Shown here: piece after piece, positions 11,241 to 21,236 of the stretch
Layout of the letters: each line of letters opens with the position of its first letter
Position numbering within the stretch: position 1 is the stretch's first letter
Origin: Alphaproteobacteria bacterium
GTDB taxonomy: Bacteria > Pseudomonadota > Alphaproteobacteria > UBA828
DNA: 64,000 nt
Assembly (NCBI GenBank): GCA_965220745.1
Contig: CBDCQT010000013.1
Location: 800,001 to 864,000, forward strand
Reading direction: 5' to 3'
Program-made: the position numbers and the translations under genes
The notes under the pieces: model-generated
Told to the model about the DNA's origin: nothing
Databases searched by the model: none
The model's input: the letters and a program-made list of their open reading frames with translations, nothing else

Positions 11241-12533
11241 TCGGGCGACGGTGACGGCCACCCGGTGCATCGCGTTGTTGAGATAGCCATTGGGGTTCCA
11301 GGCGACCGCGTGGGGCTGGATTATGCCCTTCGAATCCGTCGCCCTGGCCAGATCTCGTAGTAGCCGGGCCCTGGAAACTCGACCATCGCGCCAATTCTGC
11401 CAGGCACCGGGGTTCACCGGCGCATCGAGCGTTGCGCCGCTCCAGGTCGCGCCGAAATCGATGGAGAGCCGGACCGCATCCACCGTCGAATCGCCCAGCC
11501 AGGCATGCCCGCGCACGCCGAGTGTTCGCGCCGCCATTCTGTGTCCGGTGGCCGGGTAGGTAATGAGCGACTTGACCGGCATCGCCTGGATGATGACGAA
11601 GTCCTTCTCGTCGAGCGGCTCCTCCGGTGCTATCGGGCGGCCCGGAACGCGGTAGGAGGTGCCGGTCATCTTCGCTCCGTCGTGAAACCGATCACGCAAC
11701 CAGACACGCGTACGCCATTTTTGGGAGCACGCGCCGGGCCATCCCGGAAACACGAGGCGCAGCGGCGCGTCGTTCGTGGGATGGATAGGCCGGCCGTGCT
11801 GGGTGAAGGCCAGGAGCGTGTTCTGGTCCATGGCCTTCACGATGGGCACCCCGCGCGAGATCGGGTGTCGGTCCGCTGCGCCGGAGGGGTGCGTGTCCGC
11901 GCCCTCGTGCGCGGTGTAGACAACGCCGCCCTTCACGCCTGCCGCCTTGAGCACGTCGGCGAGGCGGACCCGTTCCACGCCGAGCAGGCGACGGCGCCGT
12001 AGGTCCACTGTGCAACATCGGCCGGGGGATCGAAGAAGGCGCGCCCGTTGCCGGTGCATTCCAGCGTCAGCGCGCGGGTGACGACATCGAACCTGCGCTT
12101 CAAGTCGTCGCTGCCGAGCGTCAGCGGAGTCTCCACCAGACCGTCGACGGTGAGCGCCCAGGCAGCTGCATCGACCCTCGCAGGCGGAATGCCGTTGTTG
12201 CGGACGAAGTGCCGCTCGGTCGGCGTGATCGCGTTATCGAGCAGGTGCGCCGGGGTCTCCGCACTCAGTGGCCGGTCGTTGAGCACGATCAGGCCGTCCT
12301 TGCCTACAATGGCGGGCGCGTCTGCGAGCGCGGCGGGGATGAAGTGCGCGGGCATGGTGCGGCGGAAGGGGATGGTCCCACCGACCAGCGTCGCCATGGC
12401 CGCCAGCCCGGCCCCCCTTGAGGAAGCCGCGCCGGTCGGGATGGGTCACGCGGCCGAACAGCAGACGGTCGGCCTTGTCGGGAACCTCCCGATAGAACTC
12501 GTGCAAGCTCCGGCTCGCAGAGGTCTTGTGCAT
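11241..12533 (-). pseudogene. Sulfite oxidase-family molybdoenzyme (SorA/SorT/SoxC-like), several frameshifts
   Basis: Fragments in different frames: Tat DRRGFLKG, HFVRNNG, LECTGNGR, VRLADVL, APLRLVFPGW, SQKW, WNPNGYLNN; CGA where the stop is expected. Confidence 0.88.
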
Positions 12534-12597
12534 GGCTCGCGTCGCGTCGAGCGCCGGTGCATACGATAGCCACAGTGAACAGGAACGAACAGACGGC

Positions 12598-13303
12598 TCA
12601 TTCTGTCCTCGCCGCGTAGTCGGTGAAGGCGCGTTCGAGCCAGTCCCGGATGACATAGGGCGTGTTGAGCACGATGTGCCAGCGGCACAGGCTGTTGGGT
12701 GGTGGAAGCACGCGCACGAACCATATCTGCCCCTCGCTGCCGGCATAGCCAGCCGGTACCGTGCACGAAACGAACTCCCGTGTGGCCGACCTCGCGCAGC
12801 AGGATCCCTTCGCCCTCGCTGCCGCAATGGACGTAGAAGCCCATCCTCGAGTGCTGCATCCGCTCGACGGTGTCGATCAGCCAGGACGGGCAATCGAGCT
12901 CGGGCGCGATCCGCAGGATGCAGCTGCCCATGGTTTCCCGGCTGCTCCCGAACCTCACGTCGAACATCGCCCACATCGTGAAATAGGTGACCGTCAGCGG
13001 GCTCATCGGCGGCCCGGACGGCAGGTATTCGTCCTCGGCGCCGCCGGCGATCCTGACGTAGCCCTTCGCCTCTCTCATCTCGGAAATGGATTCGGCCATG
13101 AGGGAGGCGACGTTCTGCGCCACAACGTAGAGGGCGTGGCAGGGGTCATGGTCCGCGAGCTTCTTGCCCAGCGCCAGACCACCGTCATCGAAGCCGGCTT
13201 GGAGGGCCATCTTCCTGCCCTCCCGCCAACCCGCCAGATCGACGACCTTCGACCCGCGGGACGAGATGATCTTCTTCGCGATCTTGTCGGCAACGGAACT
13301 CAT
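12598..13303 (-). pseudogene. Hypothetical protein, frameshifted and 3'-truncated
   Basis: EDEYLPSGPPMSPLTVTYFTMWAMFD; protein-like text continues in another frame (VPAGYAGSEGQIWFVRVLPPP..NTPYVI) and stops at 12598. Confidence 0.6.
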
Positions 13304-13837
13304 GGTGTGCTTTCGGCAGCGTTCGCTGGTGGAGGGCACTCGCCCGCACGCGAATATAGCGGGCGCGGGCCTTGCATGGCGATGAGCAGACAGGAATTCC
13401 AGGCAGTACCCGGAACCTGTCGCTCCGCACCGACCGTCGCTATCCTGGGCGCGCGGTTGGCGGTGAGCGGTGTCCAGGGAACGCCAGAATCTCCGTCGCG
13501 GGTCGGCAACGAGGCAGGTAGATCGGTGGGGATGCAGAAGGGCGTCTCGGAACGACCCCCTCGGCCCTTGGCCGCAGGAGCGGCACGCGGTCGGCAGGCA
13601 GCGGGCAATTCTCGGGGCGGCCGAGAATTTCGATATTCGGAATAATCGTAGCGAGAATCCTACAAAATAGGCAAATCTTTTATGCAGGAATGCGAATTCT
13701 AGTTGCGCCTATGTAGTACCTAGGCATTTGGTCAATTGGGACACAGTCTTGAGTGTATGACATAACCTACTTAAATCACTCGTATAATTAGTATACACTT
13801 GTGACCGACCCGGTGATGGAAGGGTGTGACGGACGGA

Positions 13838-13900
13838 GTGAGCGCCCGTCGTTGAGGGAAACGAAAAAAGTGCGAGCGCCCGGCGACTGAGGGAACTGAA
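13838..13900 (+). repeat. Two tandem copies of a 29-bp motif also found at 53502-53530
   Basis: gtgagcgcccgtcg-ttgagggaaacgaa and gcgagcgcccggcgactgagggaactgaa. Confidence 0.7.
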
Positions 13901-13934
13901 AGAGTCAAGCCCGGACGGTGCGGGGAGGGGTCGA

Positions 13935-15392
13935 TCAGGCGAGCGGGAGGACCTGGCCGCCGGGGCCGCGGGGATCGATGGGCGTGCCGGCCGCGAGGGG
14001 AATCGCCTCCTCGATCGCAGCCGCCGCCCGCAGCACCGCCGCCTCGCCGCGCGGGGGCCCGAGGATCTGCAGGCCCACCGGCAGCCCCGCCTCGGTGAAG
14101 CCCACCGGCACCGAGGCCGAAGGACACGCGGTCAGCGTCAGCACGAAGGTGAGGCCCAGCCAGTCGACGTAGTTGTCGAAGCGGTGGCCGTCGATCTCGT
14201 CGACCCAGCGCGTGTCCACGTCGAAGGGCGGCACGATCACGCACGGGCACACCAGCACGTCGTGGCGGGCGAAGAAGCGCACGCAGCGCTGGTAGATGCG
14301 GCCGCGCGCACGCTCGGCCCGCGCGATCGTGTCGGCGTCGAGCGCGAGCCCCTTCTCGATGTTCCAGATGACCTCGGGCTTGAGCGCGTCACGGTGGGTC
14401 TCCAGTAGCTCGCCCTTGTCGGCGGCGAAGAGGGCCGCGCGCAGCACCTGGAAGATGTCGAGCGCGCCCGAGAGGTCGGGGCAGGCCTCGGCGACCTCCA
14501 TGCCGGCACCGGCGAGCGTCTCCACTGCGCCCGCGCAGACGGCGGCGACCTCGCGGTCCACCGGCAGCAGGCCCAGGTCCGGGCTGTAGGCGATGCGGCC
14601 GGGCGGCGGCATCGTCGTCAGCGCTTCGGCGAAGCTCTGCGCCGGCGCTTCGATGGAGAGCGGGTCTTCGGTGTGAGCGCCGCTCATGGCATCGAGCATG
14701 AGCGCGCAGTCCCGCGCGTTGCGCGCCATGGGGCCGTCCACCATCAGCCCCTCGAAGGGGAGGTGCTTGGGCCCGTGGGCGACGCGGCCCGGACTTGGCC
14801 GCATGCCGAAGACGCTGCAGAAGCTCGCAGGTATCCGCAGGCTTCCCCCTAAGTCCGAGCCCGTGGCGAGCCAGACCTGGCCGGTGGCAAGCGCCGTGGA
14901 CGAGCCGCCGGAGGAGCCGCCGCAGGTCTTGTCGGTGTTCCAAGGGTTGCGGGTCTTGCCGAAGACCTCGTTGAAGGTGTTGGCGCCGGCGCCGAACTCG
15001 GGCGTGTTGGACTTGCCGATGACGATGGCGCCGCGCGCCTCCAGGGTCTCGACCGCGATGTCCGAGCGCGGCGGCACGTGGTCGGCGTAGATCGGCGAGC
15101 CCCAGGTGGTGCGCACGCCCGCCACCTCCACCAGGTCCTTGACCGCGATGGGCACGCCGCCTAGCCAGCCGCGCGGGCGTTCGGTGTCCGCATCCTCCGC
15201 CATGATCCGCTCGGCATGAGCCCGCGCCCTGTCGATGCAGAGCGTCGGGATCGCGTTGAGATGGCCGTCGGTCGCCGCGATCCGCGCCGCGCTCGCGTCG
15301 ACCAGCTCCAGCGGCGAGACCTCGCGCCTGCGGAGCAGGTCGACGACCTCGGCCGCGGTCAGCCGGCAGAGTTCGCCGCTGGCTGCTGCCAT
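13935..15392 (-). CDS. Amidase signature family protein
   Basis: GVPIAVKDL, GKSNTPEFG, GGSSGGS, GSDLGGSLRIPAS. Confidence 0.93.
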   Translation of the reverse strand: MAAASGELCRLTAAEVVDLLRRREVSPLELVDASAARIAATDGHLNAIPTLCIDRARAHAERIMAEDADTERPRGWLGGVPIAVKDLVEVAGVRTTWGSPIYADHVPPRSDIAVETLEARGAIVIGKSNTPEFGAGANTFNEVFGKTRNPWNTDKTCGGSSGGSSTALATGQVWLATGSDLGGSLRIPASFCSVFGMRPSPGRVAHGPKHLPFEGLMVDGPMARNARDCALMLDAMSGAHTEDPLSIEAPAQSFAEALTTMPPPGRIAYSPDLGLLPVDREVAAVCAGAVETLAGAGMEVAEACPDLSGALDIFQVLRAALFAADKGELLETHRDALKPEVIWNIEKGLALDADTIARAERARGRIYQRCVRFFARHDVLVCPCVIVPPFDVDTRWVDEIDGHRFDNYVDWLGLTFVLTLTACPSASVPVGFTEAGLPVGLQILGPPRGEAAVLRAAAAIEEAIPLAAGTPIDPRGPGGQVLPLA

Positions 15393-15406
15393 GCCGCCGT
15401 CCCCGG

Positions 15407-16804
15407 TCAGGCCGCAGGCGGCGTGCGGCTGTGCCAGTCGGAGTCCTGCTGGTAGGCGTGCCCCGCCTGCAGCAGCCGCTCCTCGCTGAGCTGCGGCCCC
15501 ACGATCTGAAAGCCCAAGGGCAGGCCGTCCTCGTCGAAGCCGCCGGGCAGGCACATCGCGGGCGTCCGTGCCATGTCGTGGGGGGCGGTGAACGAGATCA
15601 GCCGCTCGACCGAGCCCTCCTCGGCGCCCAGGGTATCCATGAAGGCGTTGGTGGGCGTCGGGTAGGGTTGCGAGGGAATGATGATCGCGTCGACATCGGC
15701 GAAGACGGCATTGAGCGCGCCGACGAACTTGTCCCGCTCGATCACGATGCGCGCGTGGTCGACGCCGCTCAGCGCGAGCCCGACCTCGATCAGGCTGCTC
15801 AGCACCGGCCCGTACTTGTCCTTGTTGTCGGCATAATAGGGCTCGTGCGCGATGGCCGTGTCCGCGCCGCAGAAATCGTTCCAGCGGTCGACCATGACCG
15901 TCGCGTCGGGGAAGGCGATGGGCCGGATGTCGGCGCCGCGCCCGCGCAGCACGTCCGCCGCCTGCATCACCATGGCGGTCACGCGCGAATCCACGCCGTC
16001 GGAGCAATAGGCCTCGTCGAGGCCGATGCGCATGCCCTCGATGCCGGCGTCGATGCTGCCGAGGTAGTCCGGCACCGGCGCCTGCACGGTGGTCGGATCG
16101 TCCGGATCGACCCCGGCGATGACGCCGAGGATGGCCGCACAGTCGGCCGCCGAGCGGGCCATCGGCCCGATGTGGTCGAGGGTCTCGGAGAGCGCGAAGG
16201 CGCCTGCCCGGCTCACCCGGCCCCAGGTCGGCTTGAGCCCGGTGACGCCGCAGGCCTGCGAGGGGAAGCGGATCGAGCCGCCCGTATCCGTCCCCAGCGA
16301 GCCGTAGCAGAGCCGGGCCGTGGTGGCGACGCCGGAACCGCTCGACGAGACGCCGGTCCAGTAGTCCGGATGCCACGGGTTGACCGGCGGCTCGATGGTG
16401 GGGTGGTGCACCGCGTAGGCGCCCTCGGTCATCTGCAGCTTGCCGGCGAAGACAGTGCCGGCGTCACGCAGCCGCGCCACGACGGTGCCGTCCGCGCCAG
16501 GGCTCCAGTCGCGCAGCGCCACCGAGCCGACGTGCGTGGGCGCGTCCTTCGTCAAGCAGAGGTCCTTGAGGCCGAAGGGCACGCCGTGCAGCGGCCCCTT
16601 CACCGTGCCGCCCGCGATCTCCGCGTCCGCCTGCGCCGCCTGTTCGGTCGCGACATCGGCCATCACCGTGGCGTAGCTGCGGAGCGTGCCGTCCAGCCGT
16701 TCGATCCGCGCGAGCGTGTGCGCCGTCACCTCGGCAGCGGACACCTCCCGCGACTGAATCTTCGCCGCGACCTCGGTCAGCATCAGCTCGTGCAGATCAG
16801 ACAT
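15407..16804 (-). CDS. Amidase signature family protein
   Basis: HGVPFGLKDL, GVSSSGSG, GTDTGGSIRFPS; GGAG RBS. Confidence 0.93.
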   Translation of the reverse strand: MSDLHELMLTEVAAKIQSREVSAAEVTAHTLARIERLDGTLRSYATVMADVATEQAAQADAEIAGGTVKGPLHGVPFGLKDLCLTKDAPTHVGSVALRDWSPGADGTVVARLRDAGTVFAGKLQMTEGAYAVHHPTIEPPVNPWHPDYWTGVSSSGSGVATTARLCYGSLGTDTGGSIRFPSQACGVTGLKPTWGRVSRAGAFALSETLDHIGPMARSAADCAAILGVIAGVDPDDPTTVQAPVPDYLGSIDAGIEGMRIGLDEAYCSDGVDSRVTAMVMQAADVLRGRGADIRPIAFPDATVMVDRWNDFCGADTAIAHEPYYADNKDKYGPVLSSLIEVGLALSGVDHARIVIERDKFVGALNAVFADVDAIIIPSQPYPTPTNAFMDTLGAEEGSVERLISFTAPHDMARTPAMCLPGGFDEDGLPLGFQIVGPQLSEERLLQAGHAYQQDSDWHSRTPPAA

Positions 16805-16950
16805 CCGAATCTCCCCTCTCCATGGTGGCGGCCGATTGAACGCCAAAGCCGCCGGCCACGCAAAGCCAATCTCTGCTTGCTGCGCGTGGCCGCAACGCTT
16901 AGCGATGACGCCCACACGCCTTGTCGTACCGGTGGCATAATGGCCAAGCA

Positions 16951-17211
16951 ATGATGGTACGCACTCAGATTGTACTGGACCCGGAACGGCATGCTCAGGC
17001 TCGCGCGCGTGCGGCCGCGCTCGGCATATCGCTGGCCGAATATGTGCGCCGCCTCGTCGACCGTGACCTTGCTCAGCACTCGTGCAGGGCGGATCGCTCC
17101 GTCGTCTTCGATCTCGGGACGTCGCGAGGCCCCGATATCGCGTCGGAGAAGGCGCGGATGATCGGCGAGGCAACGGGAGCCGGAAAGCGCCGCCAAGCCG
17201 ATACGCCGTGA
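16951..17211 (+). CDS. Ribbon-helix-helix (CopG/VapB-like) antitoxin
   Basis: MVRTQIVL beta-strand, GISLAEYVRRLVDRDL helix; TGA overlaps the GTG of a PIN-like remnant. Confidence 0.72.
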   Translation: MMVRTQIVLDPERHAQARARAAALGISLAEYVRRLVDRDLAQHSCRADRSVVFDLGTSRGPDIASEKARMIGEATGAGKRRQADTP

Positions 17212-17294
17212 GCACTTTTGTCGACGGCACCGCCATGCACGCAAAGCGAATCTCCTCTGCGCGTGGTGCGATTGCCCGGTCGGGCACGCCGTGA
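17208..17294 (+). pseudogene. Remnant 5' end of a PIN/VapC toxin
   Basis: GTGA coupling; begins MSTFVD like the PIN first strand, then unrelated sequence and a stop after 28 codons. Confidence 0.45.
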
Positions 17295-17337
17295 TATCGA
17301 CTGCGGCCCAAGTGCCGCGCGAGGGCGGGGGGAGACC

Positions 17338-17730
17338 ATGGCGGAGCGTTTTTCGATGACCATCGACGGCCGCACGGTCGTCGCCGAGCTGCTGGGGCAG
17401 AAGGCGCCCAACGTCGTCAAGGCGTTCACGGAGAGCCTGCCCTGCGACAGTTTCTCGGTTCACGCCAAGTTCGCGGGCGACGAGCTGATCGTGATGCTCC
17501 CGTTCTACTGCAACTCCGAGAACGAGATTCTCAACGTGAAGCCCGGCGACATCGGCTTCTATCCGGGGCGCCAGACCGCCTGCATCTTCTATGGCGACAC
17601 CAAGCCGTTCGGGAAGGTCAGCGTGTTCGCCAGGATCGTCGACGGCCTGGAGCACCTGAAGCCCGCGGGTAAGAAGATCCTCGCCAAGGGTCCGCTGCCG
17701 GTCCGGCTCGAACTCGTCGAGGGAGCGTAG
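17338..17730 (+). CDS. DUF3830 family cyclophilin-like protein
   Basis: APNVVKAF..LP, HAKFAGDE, EN, PGDIGFY, IFYG, VFARI; GGAG RBS. Confidence 0.8.
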   Translation: MAERFSMTIDGRTVVAELLGQKAPNVVKAFTESLPCDSFSVHAKFAGDELIVMLPFYCNSENEILNVKPGDIGFYPGRQTACIFYGDTKPFGKVSVFARIVDGLEHLKPAGKKILAKGPLPVRLELVEGA

Positions 17731-17734
17731 CGCC

Positions 17735-18214
17735 ATGGCAGCAACCGAGACGGCCGCCATCGTCGACCGGCTGGAGCGCTTCGGCCGGCGCAACTGGAAA
17801 TCCGAGCCCGGCGACGTCACCCGGCTGCGTGCGCACAGTCTGCCGCCCATGGGCAACACGCCGCCCGTGCTCTACGCCAACTTCAACACCTTCTGGATGG
17901 GCGAGAATATCCAGGTCGTGCGTCAGCTCGCGCTCGACAAGGCGCTGCCGCCGGCGGCGCTCAACGCCATGGCGGCGGCGCTGCTCAACCGCCACGCCGG
18001 ACGCCTCGCCAAGTGGAAGCTCACCGGCACGGTCAGGCTGGTGCGCGAGCTCGCCTCCTACTTTGAGGCGGGCGGCGCCCAGAGCCACGACGACGTGGTG
18101 CAAGTCTGCGAGGCGGCGATGGTCGCCTTCGACCGCATCAACGCCTGGATCGACGCGATGATCCCCTGGGCGCACCTCGACAAGAAGGTCAAGCTCCTGC
18201 CGGCGGCCGGCTGA
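17735..18214 (+). CDS. Helical-bundle protein resembling the cucumopine synthase/McbB C-terminal domain
   Basis: Helical pattern; W..EP near the N-terminus, INAWIDAMIPW at the C-terminus; 4 bp after the DUF3830 gene. Confidence 0.6.
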   Translation: MAATETAAIVDRLERFGRRNWKSEPGDVTRLRAHSLPPMGNTPPVLYANFNTFWMGENIQVVRQLALDKALPPAALNAMAAALLNRHAGRLAKWKLTGTVRLVRELASYFEAGGAQSHDDVVQVCEAAMVAFDRINAWIDAMIPWAHLDKKVKLLPAAG

Positions 18215-18238
18215 CGGCGCCGCGGGCGAGCGAAACCC

Positions 18239-19144
18239 ATGTGCGGCCTCGGCGGCGTCTTCTTCAAGACCACGGAGCACCATCGCCGGACCGGCGAGAT
18301 CGCCTACCGCGTGCTGGACGGCATCTTCCGGCGCGGCCCGGATTCGACCGGGCTCGCCCTGGTCCAGCCGGCCAGCGAGGATCGCCTCTACGTCGGCATC
18401 AATTGCGAGGAGCCCGGCGGCGGCGGGCGGGCGCTCGCGCTGCTCGACGAGCTCGGCCGGGTCGAGAGAGCGACCGACGGCGAGGGCTTCATCAGGACCG
18501 CGATCCGCTACAGCGGCGACGATGAGGCGCTGGTGGACGCGGTCGACGCGTTGGGCCCCGCCTATACCGTCGCCAGCATCGGCCGACACATCGAAGTGGT
18601 GAAGCACCTGGGGGGCGTGGAAACCCTCGAGGAGAACTTCGCGATCACGAATTACGACGGGCCGCTCGCCATGGGGCTCACGCGCTTCGCCACCGAGAGC
18701 ATCATCGACTTCACCCACGGCCAACCGCTTTCCGCCAGGCTGCACCGCGATCTCGCCATCATGCACAACGGCCACATCACGAACTTCCACCACCTGCGCT
18801 ACCACTTCGAGCGCGCGGGCTACACCTTCACCACCGGCAACGATTCCGAGGTGATCGCCGTCGCCATCGTCGACGAGATGGGCAAGGGCGCGAGCTTCCA
18901 CGAGGCGCTGGAGCGCTCGGTGACGATCCTCGACGGCTGCTTCACCTATATCGCCGTGACCAAGGACGAGGTGGGCGTGGTCAAGGATCCCTACGCGGCC
19001 AAGCCCCTGGTGGTGGGGGAGACAGACCGGCTGGTGGCGGTCTCGTCCGATTGCTGGGCGCTGCGCGACGGCATCGATGAGGACATCGAAGTGTGGGAGC
19101 CTGGGGCCGGCGAGGTGGTGACGTGGCGAATTCCGCTGCACTGA
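18239..19144 (+). CDS. glxB: Class II glutamine amidotransferase-like subunit (GlxB/MgsA-like)
   Basis: N-terminal MCG, RGPDSTG, TRFATES, HNGHITN, NDSEV. Confidence 0.85.
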   Translation: MCGLGGVFFKTTEHHRRTGEIAYRVLDGIFRRGPDSTGLALVQPASEDRLYVGINCEEPGGGGRALALLDELGRVERATDGEGFIRTAIRYSGDDEALVDAVDALGPAYTVASIGRHIEVVKHLGGVETLEENFAITNYDGPLAMGLTRFATESIIDFTHGQPLSARLHRDLAIMHNGHITNFHHLRYHFERAGYTFTTGNDSEVIAVAIVDEMGKGASFHEALERSVTILDGCFTYIAVTKDEVGVVKDPYAAKPLVVGETDRLVAVSSDCWALRDGIDEDIEVWEPGAGEVVTWRIPLH

Positions 19145-19827
19145 CCATCGACTGCGCCGGCCGGCCGACGCGCGCGATCAACGAGGAGATTCGCCGCGCG
19201 GCGGACGAAGGCGTGCCCGAGGTCGAGCTGCTCAACCCGCAGGCCCGGCACAATCTCGGCGTCTCGGTCCTCAAGCCCATCCACATCGTCTATCGCGGCC
19301 ACGTCGGCTCGTTTACCGCCGGGCTCTGCGACGGCATCACCGCGGAGGTCCACGGCACCTGCGGCTGGGGCGTGGCCGACAACCTGATGAGCGGCGAGGT
19401 GGTCGTGCATGGCAACGCCGCCACCTCGGCGGCGCCCTCGATCCGCGGCGGGCGCGTCGTGGTGCGCGGCGACTCGGGGCCGCGGTCGGGCATGATCCTG
19501 AAGAAGGGCGAGCTCATCGTCGGCGGCAACACCGGCTACATGTCCGGCTTCATGATGCAGAACGGCCGCATGATCGTCTGCGGCGACGCCGATACCGGCC
19601 TCGGCGATTCCATGTATCAGGGCGTGATCTTCCTCGGCGGCACGGCGAAGGAGCTGGGCTCCGGGCTGGAAGAGGTCGATGCCGAGAACGGCGAGCTCGA
19701 CGAGGTGGCGGCGCTGCTCGACCGCTTCGAGATCAAGGCGCCCCCAAAGTTCCGCAAGCTGCAGTCGGACCGCAAGCTGTGGCACTTCAACAAGCATGAC
19801 TTCGCGGCGTGGAAGGACGTGCTATGA
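19123..19827 (+). CDS. glxC: GXGXG-domain glutamate synthase-like subunit (GlxC/MgsB-like)
   Basis: ARHNLGV, GWGVADNLMSG, GYMSGFMMQ, LGDSMYQG. Confidence 0.88.
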   Translation: MANSAALTIDCAGRPTRAINEEIRRAADEGVPEVELLNPQARHNLGVSVLKPIHIVYRGHVGSFTAGLCDGITAEVHGTCGWGVADNLMSGEVVVHGNAATSAAPSIRGGRVVVRGDSGPRSGMILKKGELIVGGNTGYMSGFMMQNGRMIVCGDADTGLGDSMYQGVIFLGGTAKELGSGLEEVDAENGELDEVAALLDRFEIKAPPKFRKLQSDRKLWHFNKHDFAAWKDVL

Positions 19828-21236
19828 GCGAGACCCCCGGCTCACCGCCTCCGGCCCATGCGGGCGATTCCTCGGTCGAGGTTCTGGAGGACGCAGCACC
19901 GGCACCCAACGGCGCCTATCCGCGGCCCGACAGCTTCAGCGGCGTCTGGCCGCCGGAGGTGATCGAGGAGATTCAGGAGAAGGCCTCGCTCGGCCGCTAC
20001 CAGATCCGCGGCCAGGCGACCAAGCGGCGGGGCCTGCCCTCCTTCGACGATCTGGTGTTCGTGCCTGCCGGGCTCTCGCGTATGCCGCTCGAAGGCTATC
20101 GGGAGAAGTGCGACACGCGGGTGGTGATCGGCGAGGGCAACTGCGAGAATCCGCTGGTGCTGGAGCGCCCGATCATGATCGCGGGCATGAGCTTCGGCGC
20201 GCTCTCGGTCCACGCCAAGCGCGCACTCGGCACGGCGGCGAGCCGCTGCGGCATCTCCACCTGCACCGGCGAGGGCGGCATGCACCATGAGGAGCGCCGC
20301 TACTCCGACAAGCTGGTGATGCAGTACCTGCCGAGCCGCTACGGCATGAACCCCTACGACCTCAAGAAGGCCGACATGATCGAGATCGGCGCCGGCCAGG
20401 GTGCGAAGCCCGGCACCGGCGGCGTGCTGCTCGGGCTCAAGATGTCGGACGAGGTGGCGGAGATGCGCGATCTGCCCGAGGGCGTGGACCAGCGCAGCCC
20501 CTGCCGCCATCCCGACTGGATGGGTGCCGACGATCTCTACATGAAGCTCGAGGAGATTCGCGAGGTCACCGAGTACAAGGTGCCGATCTCCATCAAGGTC
20601 GGGGCCGCGCGCATCGCCAACGACGTCCGCATCGCGGCCAAGGCAGGCGTCGATGCCATCGTCTTCGACGGCATGGAGGGCGGCACCGCCGCCTCGCCCA
20701 CGATCCAATTGGATCACGCCGGCATTCCCACCGTCGCCGCCATCGCCGAAGCCTCCGAGGCGCTCGCCGAGATGGGCAAGAAGGACTCCATGAGGCTCAT
20801 CGTCGGCGGCGGCATCCGCAACGGGGCGGACGCGGCGAAGTGCATCGCCCTCGGTGCCGACGTGGTCTATCTCGGCACCGCGCCGATCATCGCCATGGGC
20901 TGCCACAAGCCGATCTATCTGGAGGACTACGCCCGCCTCGGCACCTCGCCCTACGAGTGCCAGCACTGCCACACCGGCCTCTGTCCGGTCGGCATCACCA
21001 CCCAGCTGCCCAAGCTGATGGAGCGCCTCGACGTGGACGAGGCGGCTGACAGCGTGACCAACTACCTCAACGCGCTCACCATGGAGATCCAGCTCTTCGC
21101 CCGCGCCTGCGGCAAGAACCGGGTGAGCGACCTCGACCCCAACGACCTCCGTGCGCTGACCTACGACGTCTCACTCATGACCGGCGTCGACATGGTGGGC
21201 CTCGGCGGCCGCACCCCCTGGTGGAAGAAGTTCTGA
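19824..21236 (+). CDS. glxD: FMN-binding glutamate synthase family subunit (GlxD/MgsC-like)
   Basis: AGMSFGALS, TGEGG, GQGAKPGTGG, DGMEGGT, CHTGLCPVGITTQ; ATGA overlap. Confidence 0.9.
   Translation: MSETPGSPPPAHAGDSSVEVLEDAAPAPNGAYPRPDSFSGVWPPEVIEEIQEKASLGRYQIRGQATKRRGLPSFDDLVFVPAGLSRMPLEGYREKCDTRVVIGEGNCENPLVLERPIMIAGMSFGALSVHAKRALGTAASRCGISTCTGEGGMHHEERRYSDKLVMQYLPSRYGMNPYDLKKADMIEIGAGQGAKPGTGGVLLGLKMSDEVAEMRDLPEGVDQRSPCRHPDWMGADDLYMKLEEIREVTEYKVPISIKVGAARIANDVRIAAKAGVDAIVFDGMEGGTAASPTIQLDHAGIPTVAAIAEASEALAEMGKKDSMRLIVGGGIRNGADAAKCIALGADVVYLGTAPIIAMGCHKPIYLEDYARLGTSPYECQHCHTGLCPVGITTQLPKLMERLDVDEAADSVTNYLNALTMEIQLFARACGKNRVSDLDPNDLRALTYDVSLMTGVDMVGLGGRTPWWKKF

Noticed and set aside
13935-16376. 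813-aa ORF suggesting a fused amidase
   Set aside because: The N-terminal part is an off-frame read of the upstream amidase; the real start is at 15392.
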